A stretch of 39,668 bases of DNA from NCBI GenBank assembly GCA_002245135.1, contig NGBS01001211.1, forward strand, positions 1-39,668, in the 5' to 3' direction. The notes under the pieces are model-generated. The model did no database searches. It had not been told where the DNA came from and saw nothing but the letters and a program-made list of their open reading frames with translations. The number at the start of each line of letters is the position of its first letter. The first letter of the stretch is position 1. The translations under genes and the position numbers were made by a program. This DNA comes from Proteromonas lacertae (taxonomy: Eukaryota). Shown in pieces: positions 1 to 13,436 of the stretch.

Positions 1-3000
1 ATACTTCAATGGACAATATCTACTGATTTTACCAATTTGTGTAGAGGACAGTCTGAAGAATAATATTCACCTGCAGGAACAGTTCCTGAACCAGGAAGAC
101 TACATGTAGCTTGTTGTACATTTATAGTAATAGGTTCTGCAACACCATTAATTGAAAGTGTATATGTTTTTGTGCCAACTTCCTTTGGTATTCCTTTAAA
201 ACATCCAGTGATTGGTGAAACAACATAATCTTGTGGTGTTATTGTAAGAGAAGTAACAGCTCCAGATACAAATACTACACTACTGTTGAAACTCTTAGAA
301 CAATCTACTTCAATATCTTTATAAAGTGTAAATGCTTTGTTTATATATGCAATTGTTCCTGTTGAAGTAAATGCTTGAATCTTTAATGCTTGAGTATATG
401 ATGAATCTCCATTATCAGCTGTTAAACTAAATTCATATAATCCAACATTTGGAGTATCACATGTTAATGAGCTGTAGTCGAACTTGAGGTTAATTTACAT
501 ACATTCTGTGGATCATCTTTACTCCAAGTGGTTACTTGTCTTCCAGATATAACTGCGGCTGTCAATGGACTAGTTGATCCTGCAGTAACTGCAAATTCTG
601 TATTGATTTGGTCATTTAAAGAAACTGTGAATTCTGGTGGTAATAATTTACATCCAGATGTATCTTCACATTCCCATGAAGATTCTATGTAGTTGAACAT
701 CTTCTAGTTCTATTTCCTGAATAACCATTTTCACATGCAATTGAAGCAGAATCACCAGCTTTTGTTTGTGGCCATGTTCCATCTGCATTGCAATATACAA
801 TTATAACAGTAATAGCAACTGATGCTTTTAATTCTTTACCATCTCTGTTGTTCCTGTAACATCACATGAATATGTTTTAGCTTCATTATCATTCTCAATC
901 ATAGCTATACCAGATAATATACCAGTTTCTGATTCAAATGAAATACCCATTGGTAAACCATTTGAACATGATATATAATAGCTATTTACACCACCATTAG
1001 TAGTTGGTGAAACAGAACTAGCAAATCCTACTTTAAATGTTGTTGGTGTATAGGAAATAGATGTTGCATGACTTTGACATCCAGCTATTTCATTTTCCCA
1101 ATTTGCTGTTACTCCATCTGAATTAGCTACACATTTACGAGAAATCCATCCACTTTGAGTTGAATTACATGCTATTCTGGCAGTATAACCAGCTGCTGTT
1201 GAAGGCCATTTGCCATCTTCTGTTGCATTACAATAAGCTGGTATACAATTGTATTGTAATAAATCTGCCATTTGATAACCATAAACTCCCATTTTCTGGT
1301 TGTTTTACACCTGCTATTTGTAATCTAAATGCATTGTATGATTTGTAAATATTATTTAGATTAAACTTAGTTTGTACTGCATTAGCTGATGGTAAGTTAA
1401 CAGATAATTGTGTATCAATCAATTCCCAATCATTAGTACCATATTCTGATGAACCATATACTCTCCATCCTGTTGGATTTCTATATTCCCATCTATCATT
1501 AGCTGTCCAGAAGTCATACATATTGAAATATTCAGCTCTTTTATTTGGCCAATAAATATCAAAATTAACAGGATAATCTTCTTTAGTATGTAACATATGT
1601 TTTAGTACCATGGTTATTATCAATTGCTTTGCTAGCTTCTTCACCTCCATTAGTTGTTCCTGATGTATAAGCTTGAACACCATTCATTGTTGTTTTTAAT
1701 GAACATTTACCTGTTTGAGTTGTTGAACTAGCTGTTGGTAATAAAGATGCCTTTAAATGGATCATATGCTATACTGCTTCTATATCTATGACATTCTACA
1801 GCCATATAATTCTTACCAGCCTTAATCAACATTTGTGGAATTACAACAGTTCTTGCTGCTATTGGATCAATTAATCTCTTTCCCCATGTTGTTTCTGTTA
1901 CTAATCCAATTGGTAAACCATTTCTGTATATTTCTACTCCATTCAAATAAATGATAATACCAGAATCATGTGTTACTGATAAATCTAAACTGGAAATAAA
2001 TGTTAATTCATCATAGAAATTAAACTCTATTCCATAATAACTAGCTATTGTTGTTCTTGTTGGAATAATCCTGATCTATATTTATTTGGCATATATGATT
2101 TATCTAATTCACTCTTCCATTTATCATTATTTGGGCTTGCTATTTGAGAAATGCCATTCAGAACTATCTGTTAAATAACTTGTTAATGAAACTACATACT
2201 GAGTAGTTTTTACTGTTGTTGAATCATGTCTATATGTATCAAGTAATTGTGTTGCCTAAATAAATATAGAAATTAGTATCAGATGTCCAAGAATGCTTAT
2301 CAGAATTTCCAACTACTAATTCATATGCACCTAATGTAACACAAGCTGACATCCATTTATCATGATTCAATATATTACCTGCATTGCTTATAACATAGGA
2401 TGATGATGAAAATGATTTGAATGTATAATAGTTTCTTGGCATTCATTATCACATGTAAATCTAAATACAGCTAATTCTTTTGTTCCTGGACATTGTTGAT
2501 CTGCAATAATTTGAATTGTTGTTGGACTTGATTCACCACTTGGATTTATGGCTTTTAATGTTATAGAAATACCATTTCTTCCCATTCCCATTGTTGTACC
2601 AACAACACATCCTGTTTCTTCACTAAATCTTAAAAATTCTGGGAAATTCACCAGATTCTACTATTTCTACTCTACTTGCACCATTTTGAATAGATGGACA
2701 TAAAGAAACAATTTGACCTGGAATTACATTCACTTGAGGTGTTGGATAAACTAAAATTGGTGGAGCATTTACTGTATTTCCATTAACAACATATGCATCT
2801 GTAGTCCAAGCACCATCAGTATTATTAGCTGAATATACAACCAAATTATCCATAGATATTCTAAACCAACCACCACTAGCAGCTCCTCTTCTTGTAAATG
2901 TCACATTGTACATATCTGGTGTATTACATTCAGTGTAAATATATTCTTGAAATCCTACTAATCCAGAACCTTGATGAAGTAATATACCTCTGCTATTCAT

Positions 3001-6000
3001 TAATTGAACAACTACATCAGCATTTTGTATCGTATATTCAAATCTTAAGAATTTCATTGATCCTGGACAACCTGTTACTGTAATTGATACTTTTGCTTCT
3101 GTTGATCCTGATGGATTTGATGCTTCAATTGTCACTGGTTCACTCCATTGTTCATAAGGAATGCCAGATATTTCACCTGTATTAGGATTAAGTGATAAAC
3201 CTGTAGGTAATGGTGATTTTAATGTATAAATTACACCAATCGCATTATCCAATGATGGAGATACTGAATTAACAGTAACTCCATTTACTGTTAATTTTTG
3301 ACCAATACTTGTTGATATTGTTGGATATACTAAGTTTTGTGGATTGAATCTTTGTTCAACAGTAAATGTAATTTGAGTTGTATAGGTTGGTAAACTTGCA
3401 TCTGATGAACTTGATGCTGTAATTGTATAAGTTGTTTCTAATACACCAAGATCAGTTGGAGTACCTGATATAACACCTGTTGATGGATTAATCATTATAC
3501 CTGATGGTAATAATGGATTGATTAAGAAATTGTTATATTTTGATGATTGTACTTGGAAGAATATTGGTTCATTACTTTTAATTGCAATACCACTTACATA
3601 TGTTGCCAATTTATAAGTATATTCTAAATAACCTTCTGGTACATGAAGTAAATATTCAAAATCAACCTCTTTTCTACTGAATGGATAATTTCCACTATCA
3701 TGTGTCCATTCAAGTGAATGTGATTTATTACCTGAATTTTGTGCTTTACCAAATAATATACCAAAATATGTCAAACCACCATTTTCAAATTTTATTGTTA
3801 TATCCCTACTCTGTGAACCACAAGCTGTATTTTTATTTGAATAATAAGCACTTTCACTTGCTATATATAATCTTGACCAATCAGTTGCTTCAGCATGAAA
3901 TGTATAATCTCCTGCTTCGGGTATATTAAGATAACCTTTCCAATAAGCAACGAATGAACTCTTAAAATCATTAGTTAAACCATCCCAAACAGCAGCGCTT
4001 GATGGGAATTGTACACCTTTAGTTTCATATCTTGTAAATTTCAATGTTAATTGTTTAGGAACTTTATCAAGATCAATAATATCACATCCAACATTTCCAC
4101 TATAATAATAACCAGTTACACCTCTTGATAAACTATTTCCATTATTATCTAATATACCAAATGATATTTTAATAACTACTGTAACTACATTTGTAGCTGT
4201 AATTGTATATTCTCTTCTGTTGTATGCAATTGTTGGAGTACCACTAATAACACCATTGTTAAACACAACTCCTGGTGGAAGATCTGGTTCAATTCTCCAT
4301 GTTTTAACTGGTCCAACAAGAGTTGGAGTAATTGGTTCAATTTTAAGACCTTTTACAAAGATAAAATCATTTGTAGCATACGATACTTTCTGTAATATTG
4401 AACCTGTTGGTCTGGCAAATGCACTATCAGGAATATTAGTATAATCTGTAATTCCAGCATTTATACTTCTCCATTTTATATCATAATATTGTGCAGTTCC
4501 ACCATTGTAGAAATAAATTGCTAATTTTCTATAACCAGCTTGTAATGTCTTTGTATATGTGCCTGCTGCATTATAACTACCTGTCATAACATTTGCAACA
4601 CTCATATCATCAATAAATACCCACATTTCATCATCTCCTTGTATTTTAAACTGCCATTCACCTCCTGCTGGAATATTAATATAACCTGTGAATCTAGTAG
4701 CATAATATTCTTTTCCTATAACTGATGAACTTGAATCTCGAACTGGATAAGCAATTTCATATGGTGAATTTCTTCCACTTAGCGTAGAAAATGATGTTGG
4801 CATATCTACTTTTGTTACAGCATAATCACCTTTATCCCATTTTCTCATTAATTCAGATATTCCTATTGAACTAACTCCGCCATTTTCAGTCACTTCACCA
4901 TCTAATTTACCATCATCCATAATTGCTTCTACAACTTGTAATAATAAATTATATTGTGGTGAATTTCCTGCTGGATTTACTGCATTCATAATTATTGAAA
5001 CTGGTGATGGAGATATTGTTGTTGCTATACCTGTTATTGATCCAGTTACTGTATCAAATTTCAATCCTGCTGGCAATGATGCTTCATTTAGATATCATGT
5101 AACTATCAACAACACCAATACATGTTGGTGCAAATATTTCTGTTTCAATGTTTTGACCTACTTGCATTACTGAATTACCAAATGCATATGAACAACTTTT
5201 AATTAGTTCATAAATTTTCAATGGGAAGTTCAATTCATCATAGCCTTTTCTTTCACTTGTAACATTTAATACATAAGTTGTTGGACTTAATGCAACTGAT
5301 GCTCTACCTGTAAAAGATATTGTTGATCCAGTTGATACATTTAATACATTAAGTGAAATACCAGTTGGTAATGATGGATGTATTGTATAATCTACAACTG
5401 CTCTAGTACATGTTATTACTTTATTAACTAAATCACCTACTTTAAATGTCATACCTGTAATATCTTGACAACCTGGTGGTGGTAATGAAAGGCATTTGCT
5501 TCTATCTGGACTTGTCCATATTGGGTTGCCATTCACTAATGAACATGTTACTGTTGCACTACCACTATATTCACCACCACATCTAATATTAATTGAATTA
5601 CCAGCTAGTGTTTCTGGATATAAAATTCCTTCTACTGTTTGACTAGCACAAACTGGTTGATCTACTGTCAACTGTAAAACCTGAGATACTGGATTTGTAG
5701 TTGTTGTTGCTGTGATTGTATATATTTGATTTGATACTTTTTCAGTTGCTGCTCCTTTAATAATACCTGTATTAGCATCAATTGATACTCCAGTTGGTAA
5801 TCTTGGTGATATTGAATAACCTGTTACTTCACCATTTGGATTTGGTGTATATTTCATATTTGCACCTATATATGCTTTAACTGGGTTAATAAAATCATAA
5901 TTCAATTGTGTTGCATCTGGTTTCTTTAAGCATCCACTTCTATCAATATTATCATTCCAATTACCTGTAGAATCACATTCTCTTCTTTGATTTCCATCAT

Positions 6001-9000
6001 ATCCACTTTCACATTCAATTTCTGCATAATCACCTGCTAATGTTGCTGGCCATAAACCATCTTGAGGACAACTTGCTTGTCTACATACCAATAAATTGAA
6101 TTCTGAAAATTGAATTTGATTTGGACAACTAGCAATTCCACTCTTTTTATTTTTAATACCAATCCTTAAAGCTTCATAAGCATATTTCTTATTAGCTGTA
6201 ACAGGGAAATAGAAATACTTCTTTCTTGTCTCTGGTAATTCATCTACTATTCCTGATATTGTTCCTTCATAACCAAAACCATCTGTCTTTGCAGCAATTG
6301 TTTCCCAGAATGGATTACTTCCTTCATCTTTTGTTGTATCAAATTGTCTTGCTCCTTCTATCACCCAATTATATGGATCTCTACATGGATGATCATTCGC
6401 AGATGCAAATAAATATTGATCTATAGTATATGCTCCACCTTTTGGAATCCAATATCTAAATACTAAATATTGATCTCCTTCATCATATAAATATTTTGTA
6501 TTAACATTACTATCAAAAGCTTTTGAAAAACCTTCATTAGCACCATAGTCAGCATAAGCTGCTTTATTATTATAGTAGTTACTTTGTGTTTCACTTGATG
6601 GAACAGGTAATACATTTTGACAATTATTGGATGAATCTATGGAAATACTTAATGAAATAGTAAAAGCATTTGCTTTATCACCAGCTTCTTTCTTGTGTAT
6701 TTCAATACCAATATAATTATCTCCTTGATTTAATCTTTGATTTGAACCATATATAGTTCTTGATGACATAGAAGCAAATTGTGATGTTGCTAATGTACTT
6801 GATGAAAATGATGTATCAGAAGCTGAAGAACCCATATTACGAATATACAATTGTTGACCATTCAAATAGACTACAATACCATCTCTATAACTTAATGTTA
6901 ACTCAAATCGTGAAATTGCTGCAAAATCAACATAAGCTAATGAAAATTTTGCTCTGTAATATGTTGTTGTTTGTTTAGTATCAGGTAATGTATTTATTGT
7001 ACATTTTTTCCAGTCACTATCACCTCCATATTCTTGATGCCAATTTCCACTTGCAGAAAAACTATATTCCCATTGAGTAGCTACATCAATATAAGTAAAT
7101 AAATCAATGGTATATGTTGTTCTTCCATCATAAACAACAGTTAAATAAGCTATATTCACATTATTTTTGTATATATAATACCTTCCACTTCTACCTTTTT
7201 TACTTCCTGCCATACCATATGTAAGTTTGTATGTACCAAATGGCAAACATTGAGACCATCTAAATGAACTATAACTTGGGAAACCATTTTGATAATTTAA
7301 TATAACTCCATCTTTTCCTGTTAATTGCATCATTTGATCTTCACCATAATTTGTCATAATACCTTCAACTGATAACAGTGAATAACCATCTTGACAATAT
7401 TCATTAAATCTGAAACTTATAGTAACTGATGAACTACTTTCACCTCCTCTTCCATAAGCTGTAACAGTTACATTTTTATTTTCAGCACCAACTAATGCAT
7501 AACCAGAGAATTCACCTGTAGTTGTATTGAATAACACTCCAAGAGGTAATGAATTTTCAGGAACAGAGAATGATGAAGCACCATATTTGATTGGATTAGT
7601 TTTTATACTGATTTCTTCACCAATAACATATGTAAATTCGTTTGATCTATAACTAAGTTCTGGTGTATCTCCTTTTTCAATTGAAAATTGAACAGCAGAT
7701 GATGGATTATCATAATTCCAACTTCCTTTTTTGAATATAACATCATCTTCACCACCAACTATATAAGTTCCACCTAATTGACCTTCAAAATTCATTTCTA
7801 ATCTTAAATCAGATATTTCAGAACATGTAAAGAATGCATAATATGTATTAAATGAATGATCTTTTGCTTCTTTTGCATATAAAACTCCAGCTACTCCTGT
7901 ACTTGTTACTTTATAAAGATTCATTGTCAAATCTTTATCACCAGTAATATACTTTAAATACACTAAATTACCATTAGCACAACCTCTAATAGTAATTGAT
8001 AATTCATATGTACTTGCACCAGAAGGATTTGAGCAACTAACAGTTACTGTACCAGAAAATTCCTCAACTGGATTACCTAATATTGTACCATCTGCATCAA
8101 AACTTAATCCTTTTGGTAATGCAGGATTGCTTGACCATTTCACTGCTGTGCTTGAAACATATGTTGGTTTTAATAAAACTTGCATACCTATTTCACCAGA
8201 TATACTGTTTGGGTAAGTCAAACCACTTGGTGCTTGATAAGCATGAGCTTCAATTGATATACTTGATTCTAAACATTCATTACTACCTTGACTTTTACAT
8301 GCTTGAATATTGAATGTTGTCAATGAGAAATTACCCATTGCTACACTTGGTGTTCCAGAAATACAACCTGTTTGTGAATTAATGTTAATACCATCTGGTA
8401 AATTTGGTGTAATTGAGAAATAATTATATTTATTTTCATCAGCTTTTGCAAACAATGGACAATTCTTTGCCATTTCTACTCCAGAAACATAATCATTACG
8501 CATATACTCATATTCAAAAGCCAATGAAGGCATATGATATAAAGCTGAATGTGGTACCATTTTCTTTGTAACACCTGGACCTGTATATTGTACTTCTAAA
8601 GTCTTTAATGGTGATGTATGACCTTTTGTATATCTAACTGAAAAATAATTTAATCCTTCAACTAGATTAAAAGCTAAGTCATTTGATTGAAGTTTGCAAC
8701 CATCCTCTAATGTCATATATTGACCTCCATTAGCTGTTACATATAATCTACCACCATCTTGAACAGTAAATGAAAACATATACGAACCAGCCTTTTCTAC
8801 ATACAAATAACCAGTCCATCTAATATCATAATCATTAGCAAAATCAGAGCTTAATCCATCCCAAATTTCATTGGTAGTAGCATGCCATATATCTGAATCA
8901 GATGTTGTAACTTTTTGTATTGCTAATGAATGATATTGATTATTAATATCAATGAATTTGCAATCATTTCTACCAGTTGTTTTATAATAATTACCTAATA

Positions 9001-10443
9001 ATCCTTGCATAGCATATTCTTTACTAACTTTAATAACACGAATGTTCAATACAGATGTAAAATCATCATATCCTGAATATGTACTTTTACATTTAAATGT
9101 AAAAGTCGATATATGCACCATTATTGTATTCTATTGCAGCAGTTGTAGTTAATTTTCCTGATGATAATACACTTACTCCAATTTTACTTAAATCTGGTGT
9201 TACTTCAATTGATGGACAATAACCAATGTATATACCATCAATTGACTTAGATTGACCAATATTTAATGAATAAAACTTAGCTGGATATTCTAACTTTGTA
9301 ACAGGTGAAGGAACATATCTTAAATTAGCTTTTGGAATTGTTGCAAATGCTGTTGAACCTGGAGTCTTCCATTGAACTATTAAATCATTTGCATTACCTC
9401 CATTGAAGTGTAAAACAGCAAAAGCTTTATAACCTGGAGTTGAAACTGACATTGTATATGTCCTGGCTTGATTCCAAGATGGAGTAGGTTCTCCTTTATT
9501 TATATTCATATCATCAATATATATTACTGCATTATCATCAGATCTGTAACTAAAAACATAATCTCCAGTTTTTTCAAAATTTAATGCAGCAGTCCATTTA
9601 CCATACATATTACCTATATTACCTCCTACTTGTATACATGGATCATTTAATGGGCAAGTATATGTTGGTTGTTCAAATACATTTGTGTAATGATTAATTG
9701 AACCATCTTCAAATTTCTTCATATAAGTTGGATATACTGTATTTGACCAAGCTGTTTGTCCATATGCAAATCTAGCCAAAATACCTTGACTTGCCTCTGA
9801 TGATGATGGATCAATAATACTATATTTAAGTGTTACTGTTGCTGTACCTCCACCACGAATACCAGTAACTGTAATTGTTGCAGTTTGATCATTAGCTGGA
9901 CCAGCTAATGCAGCTGTGCCTGTTATTGCACCTGTAGTTGGATCAATCTCCATACCAGTTGGTAATCCATCTGCAGTAAATGAAGAAGTAATTGAATCAC
10001 AAGTTGGTGGCATCAATGAGTTTGGATAATTAATCATAAACAATGCATTTCTAACATTGTAAGTACATGATGTCAATGGACTAATTACTGCAACTTGAAT
10101 AACAACTCTAATTACATCTGAAGAACCTCTTCTTCCAACAGATACAGTATAACTAGATTGAGCAGATGCATATGTAGGTGTTCCAGATATTAAACCAGTA
10201 GTATCTTCACCTATTTCTGTATTGATGGTCATTCCAGTAGGTAATACAGGTGAAACAGACACAGATGCTATTACGAAATTGCATGTCAACCTCGATGATG
10301 CTTCAACATCTTTAATCATAATTAATACATTGTTATTTTCATAACTACATGTATAACCTTGACAGTTTACTAGATAAAGACATTAATAATTTATATATAC
10401 CTGTAATTAGCAAACAACAAAGTAGTAAAAGAGTTATCTTCAT
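1..10443 (-). CDS. Giant secreted/surface adhesin-like protein with putative-Ig (He_PIG) repeats, 4 PA14 domains, galactose-binding-like and F5/8-like domains and Cys-rich HRM-like modules; 3' end outside window
   Basis: ATG at 10443 gives signal peptide MKITLLLLCCLLITV/NC, with a 31-nt GT-AG intron 10400-10370, in frame with ORF 9093..10319. ORFs 9093..10319, 5084..9121, 2623..5076 and the fragments below 2651 join through single-base indels (9101-9104, 5087-5089, 2641-2643, ~2438 and more). Repeated LPxGxxIxxxTGxISGTPT motifs; PA14 cores (WTGYLYVEKAGSYMF, RFTGYINIPAGGEWQFKIQGDD); YLNG jelly rolls; ANDxxxRDP discoidin-like motifs; CxxDGxWPxTxAG modules. Confidence 0.85.
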
Positions 10444-11330
10444 TATAATAATCAAGATCCTTCTTTTAATAGCAAATCTATACTTCAGATCTAAACCAAT
10501 CAAAACTAATTTTTTAGATTTAAAGCAATATCATTGGCTATTCAAGATACAATCTTGGGTGCGAAAATGAGCCGAAATGTTTTTTAAAGTGAGTTTTTTG
10601 TGTGAAGTAATATTATGTTTAAATGAATAATAGTAAATAATTAAACCTTCCGCATTACTATATAAGTATTCCAATAAATAGACAATTTATGCTATATAAT
10701 AGGAATAATAATGTATATATACATTAATTGTATATATTAAATTTACTATCTGTATTAACTAAGATAGTAAGTTATGATTTAGAGTGATATAGATTTGTTA
10801 TGATAAATATCATTCGTTATTTATATGAAATTAATCAGTATTACAACAATAAATCATTAAATATTTATGATTTTAGTGGAATTGAATAAAACCCATTTCT
10901 ATTTGTTTTTAACTACATTCAGTTATTTAAGAAGAATAAATTAAAAATCGTATTACTTGTAAATTTACAATTCAGTTTATTCACTTCAATCGTGTTAATT
11001 CATAAATAAAGAAATATAGAAATTACCAGAAACAAAGCAAGCCAAATTGAATTAGACAATTCTAGAAATTTCTTATATTTTTTCTATTCTTTATTATCTC
11101 TTTACACATGTTTAATAATAATTCATTTTTTATAAAAATGTATACTAGATTATGATATTTTTTTTTAATTGTAATCTATTTTTCATTTGCTAAAGGATTA
11201 CTGTTATTTAAATTATCGGAAATGGTAAAAAAAGAAACTTTAGTGTTGACATCATATTCTCATCTTTCTTTACTTCATTTTTCAATCAAGCTTTTTATCA
11301 AACATATTTGAGAAATCTTTATTTTTTGAA

Positions 11331-13257
11331 ATGAGTGAGGATAAAGAAGAAGAAAAGTATAGTTCCTACTTTACACAACATAGATTCAATTTCTTGGTAT
11401 CTACATTCGAAGATGAAGACTATATTTATCTTACAAAAGAAGATTTTGAAGAATTAAAGAATTCAATACCAATTAACAATTTATTAACGATAATAAATCA
11501 TACAGCATGTCATAGTCATACTAAATTATCCAGTATTTATTTCATTATTCTAATTCTTCAATTAGACCCACTACCATCATTTAATGATAATAAAATAATT
11601 AAAACAGAAAAAAGTGCATCTGAACCAATTGAAAATGCGACTGATGAAGATTCTACTCTTCTTGTTCAATCATCAAGTGAAGATTTAAGTCTTAAACAAT
11701 CTGCAGACATTAATGCAAAGATGAAAAGAGAAAATAGTACTATATCTCAAACAGAAGAAGACGATAAAGATAAAGAAAGTGAGAATGATATGTACAAAAA
11801 GAAGAAATTCAAGAAAATAAAGTATATAAATAATGTAATTATGTATATAAATAGATTAACAAATGATTTAAAAAACAAATTGGATATGATATTGAAGCAA
11901 TATAAAGATGACAAATGGCAAACAATCAAAAATATGTTGAGTTATATAAAAGATATAAACACATCCAATCCTCGATATATAGAATTAAATATTGATGTTG
12001 TACATACAGTTATATTGAATGGATTACAGAATTCAAGAACAGCTATTTCCAGACAAGCATTATCAATATTATCTGAAGTGTTTCTAGTTCAATTAGTATA
12101 AAAATAATTATAATATAAATTAATTGTTTTTGTTATTAATTAGGATAATCTAAGTCCTTGGTTACCTCAATTTTTTGATATTTTATTAAGTAGATTGACA
12201 TCACCACAACAGTTTATAGTAGATGATGCATTAAATGTAATATTTCAAATCCAACCATTGTTACCAGGTAAATATTATATTACTCAAATCAAAAACGCAA
12301 TAGCAGCATCTAACAATCCAATACATAAATCATATTATATCAAATGTTTGAGTAGTTTATTTGAAACTATTGGAAAGAAGATTGAAGATTATTCACCTGC
12401 TTATTTTGAACTGTTAACGAGAGTAAATGATAATGTTCCAGAACAAATAAAGTATTTATACTTTATTAAATATATATTTTTGTAGAGTATTTAATACAAT
12501 TAATAATACATTATGTGAAGTATATGGTGAAGATAATGTTGATTCATTCCTTAAATCAATATTAAAACCACCAATCTACAACGCATTCAAGTTATTATTA
12601 TTAAGAAAAGATAAAACTCAAACAACTCGTAGTTCAACTCCAATACCAAATAATAGTGATAATAATAATAATAATAAACAAAAACCAAGTAATAATGAAA
12701 ATGATAATAGCAATACAGAAACACTACAACAACAACAAGTACCAATGACTCCACCTGCATCATTATCTGAACCAATAAAAATACAAAAACCAGAAGAAGA
12801 AGAAGAAGTTCCAATACCACTACCACAATCTTCACAACCAACAACAATTATAAGAAGACCAATACCAACAGAAGAAGAAAAGGAAGAAGAAGAAGAAGAA
12901 CAACAACAACAAGTAGATATGAAGAATGAAGAATCAGTTGAAGACAATGATAAAGATAAAGAAGTAGAGATTGAAACAAATAATGAAATGGGAAATACTG
13001 TAGAAGAAGAAGGTAATAATAATGATAAGATAGAAACAGAACAACAACAACAGCCAAAGGAAGATAAATTATTGGATATTAATTCATCATCCTACAGTTT
13101 TGAAAATGGAAATAGTAAATTCAAATTTTCTTCTAAAGATGATGTAGAAAATAGATTAATGAGGTTATGGCAAAATAGTAAAGCATTTTTAGAATCTATG
13201 GATCAAAAAATAGAAAGACTTCCTCTGTCTACTGCTAGAATACCATCTGATAGTTAA
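11331..13257 (+). CDS. Multi-exon protein with a HEAT/TOG (CLASP/TOGARAM-like) region and low-complexity acidic tail
   Basis: Introns 12096-12143 and 12452-12485 (needed for frame) and probably 11533-11565 and 11822-11854 join ORFs 11331, 12195 and 12745 into one frame. LNGLQNSRTAISRQALSILSEVF resembles the TOG-domain NLRSxVS(R/K)xA helix motif. Confidence 0.6.
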
Positions 13258-13436
13258 TTAAAATTAAATACTTAATATTACATAGTTATTATTTTTAACT
13301 GTGTTAGTTTCAAAATATTGTCTTGAATAAAATAATTTTGATGAAGAATATTCAAAAATCATTCAAAAAACACTGTATTTAACTTTGTTTAAATAATGTT
13401 GAAACATTATTTAAACTTTATTATTGAACGACTATA

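Noticed and set aside
12640..13060. AAT/CAA/GAA triplet runs as a repeat array
   Set aside because: They encode ordinary poly-N/Q/E low-complexity protein with no spacer-repeat structure.
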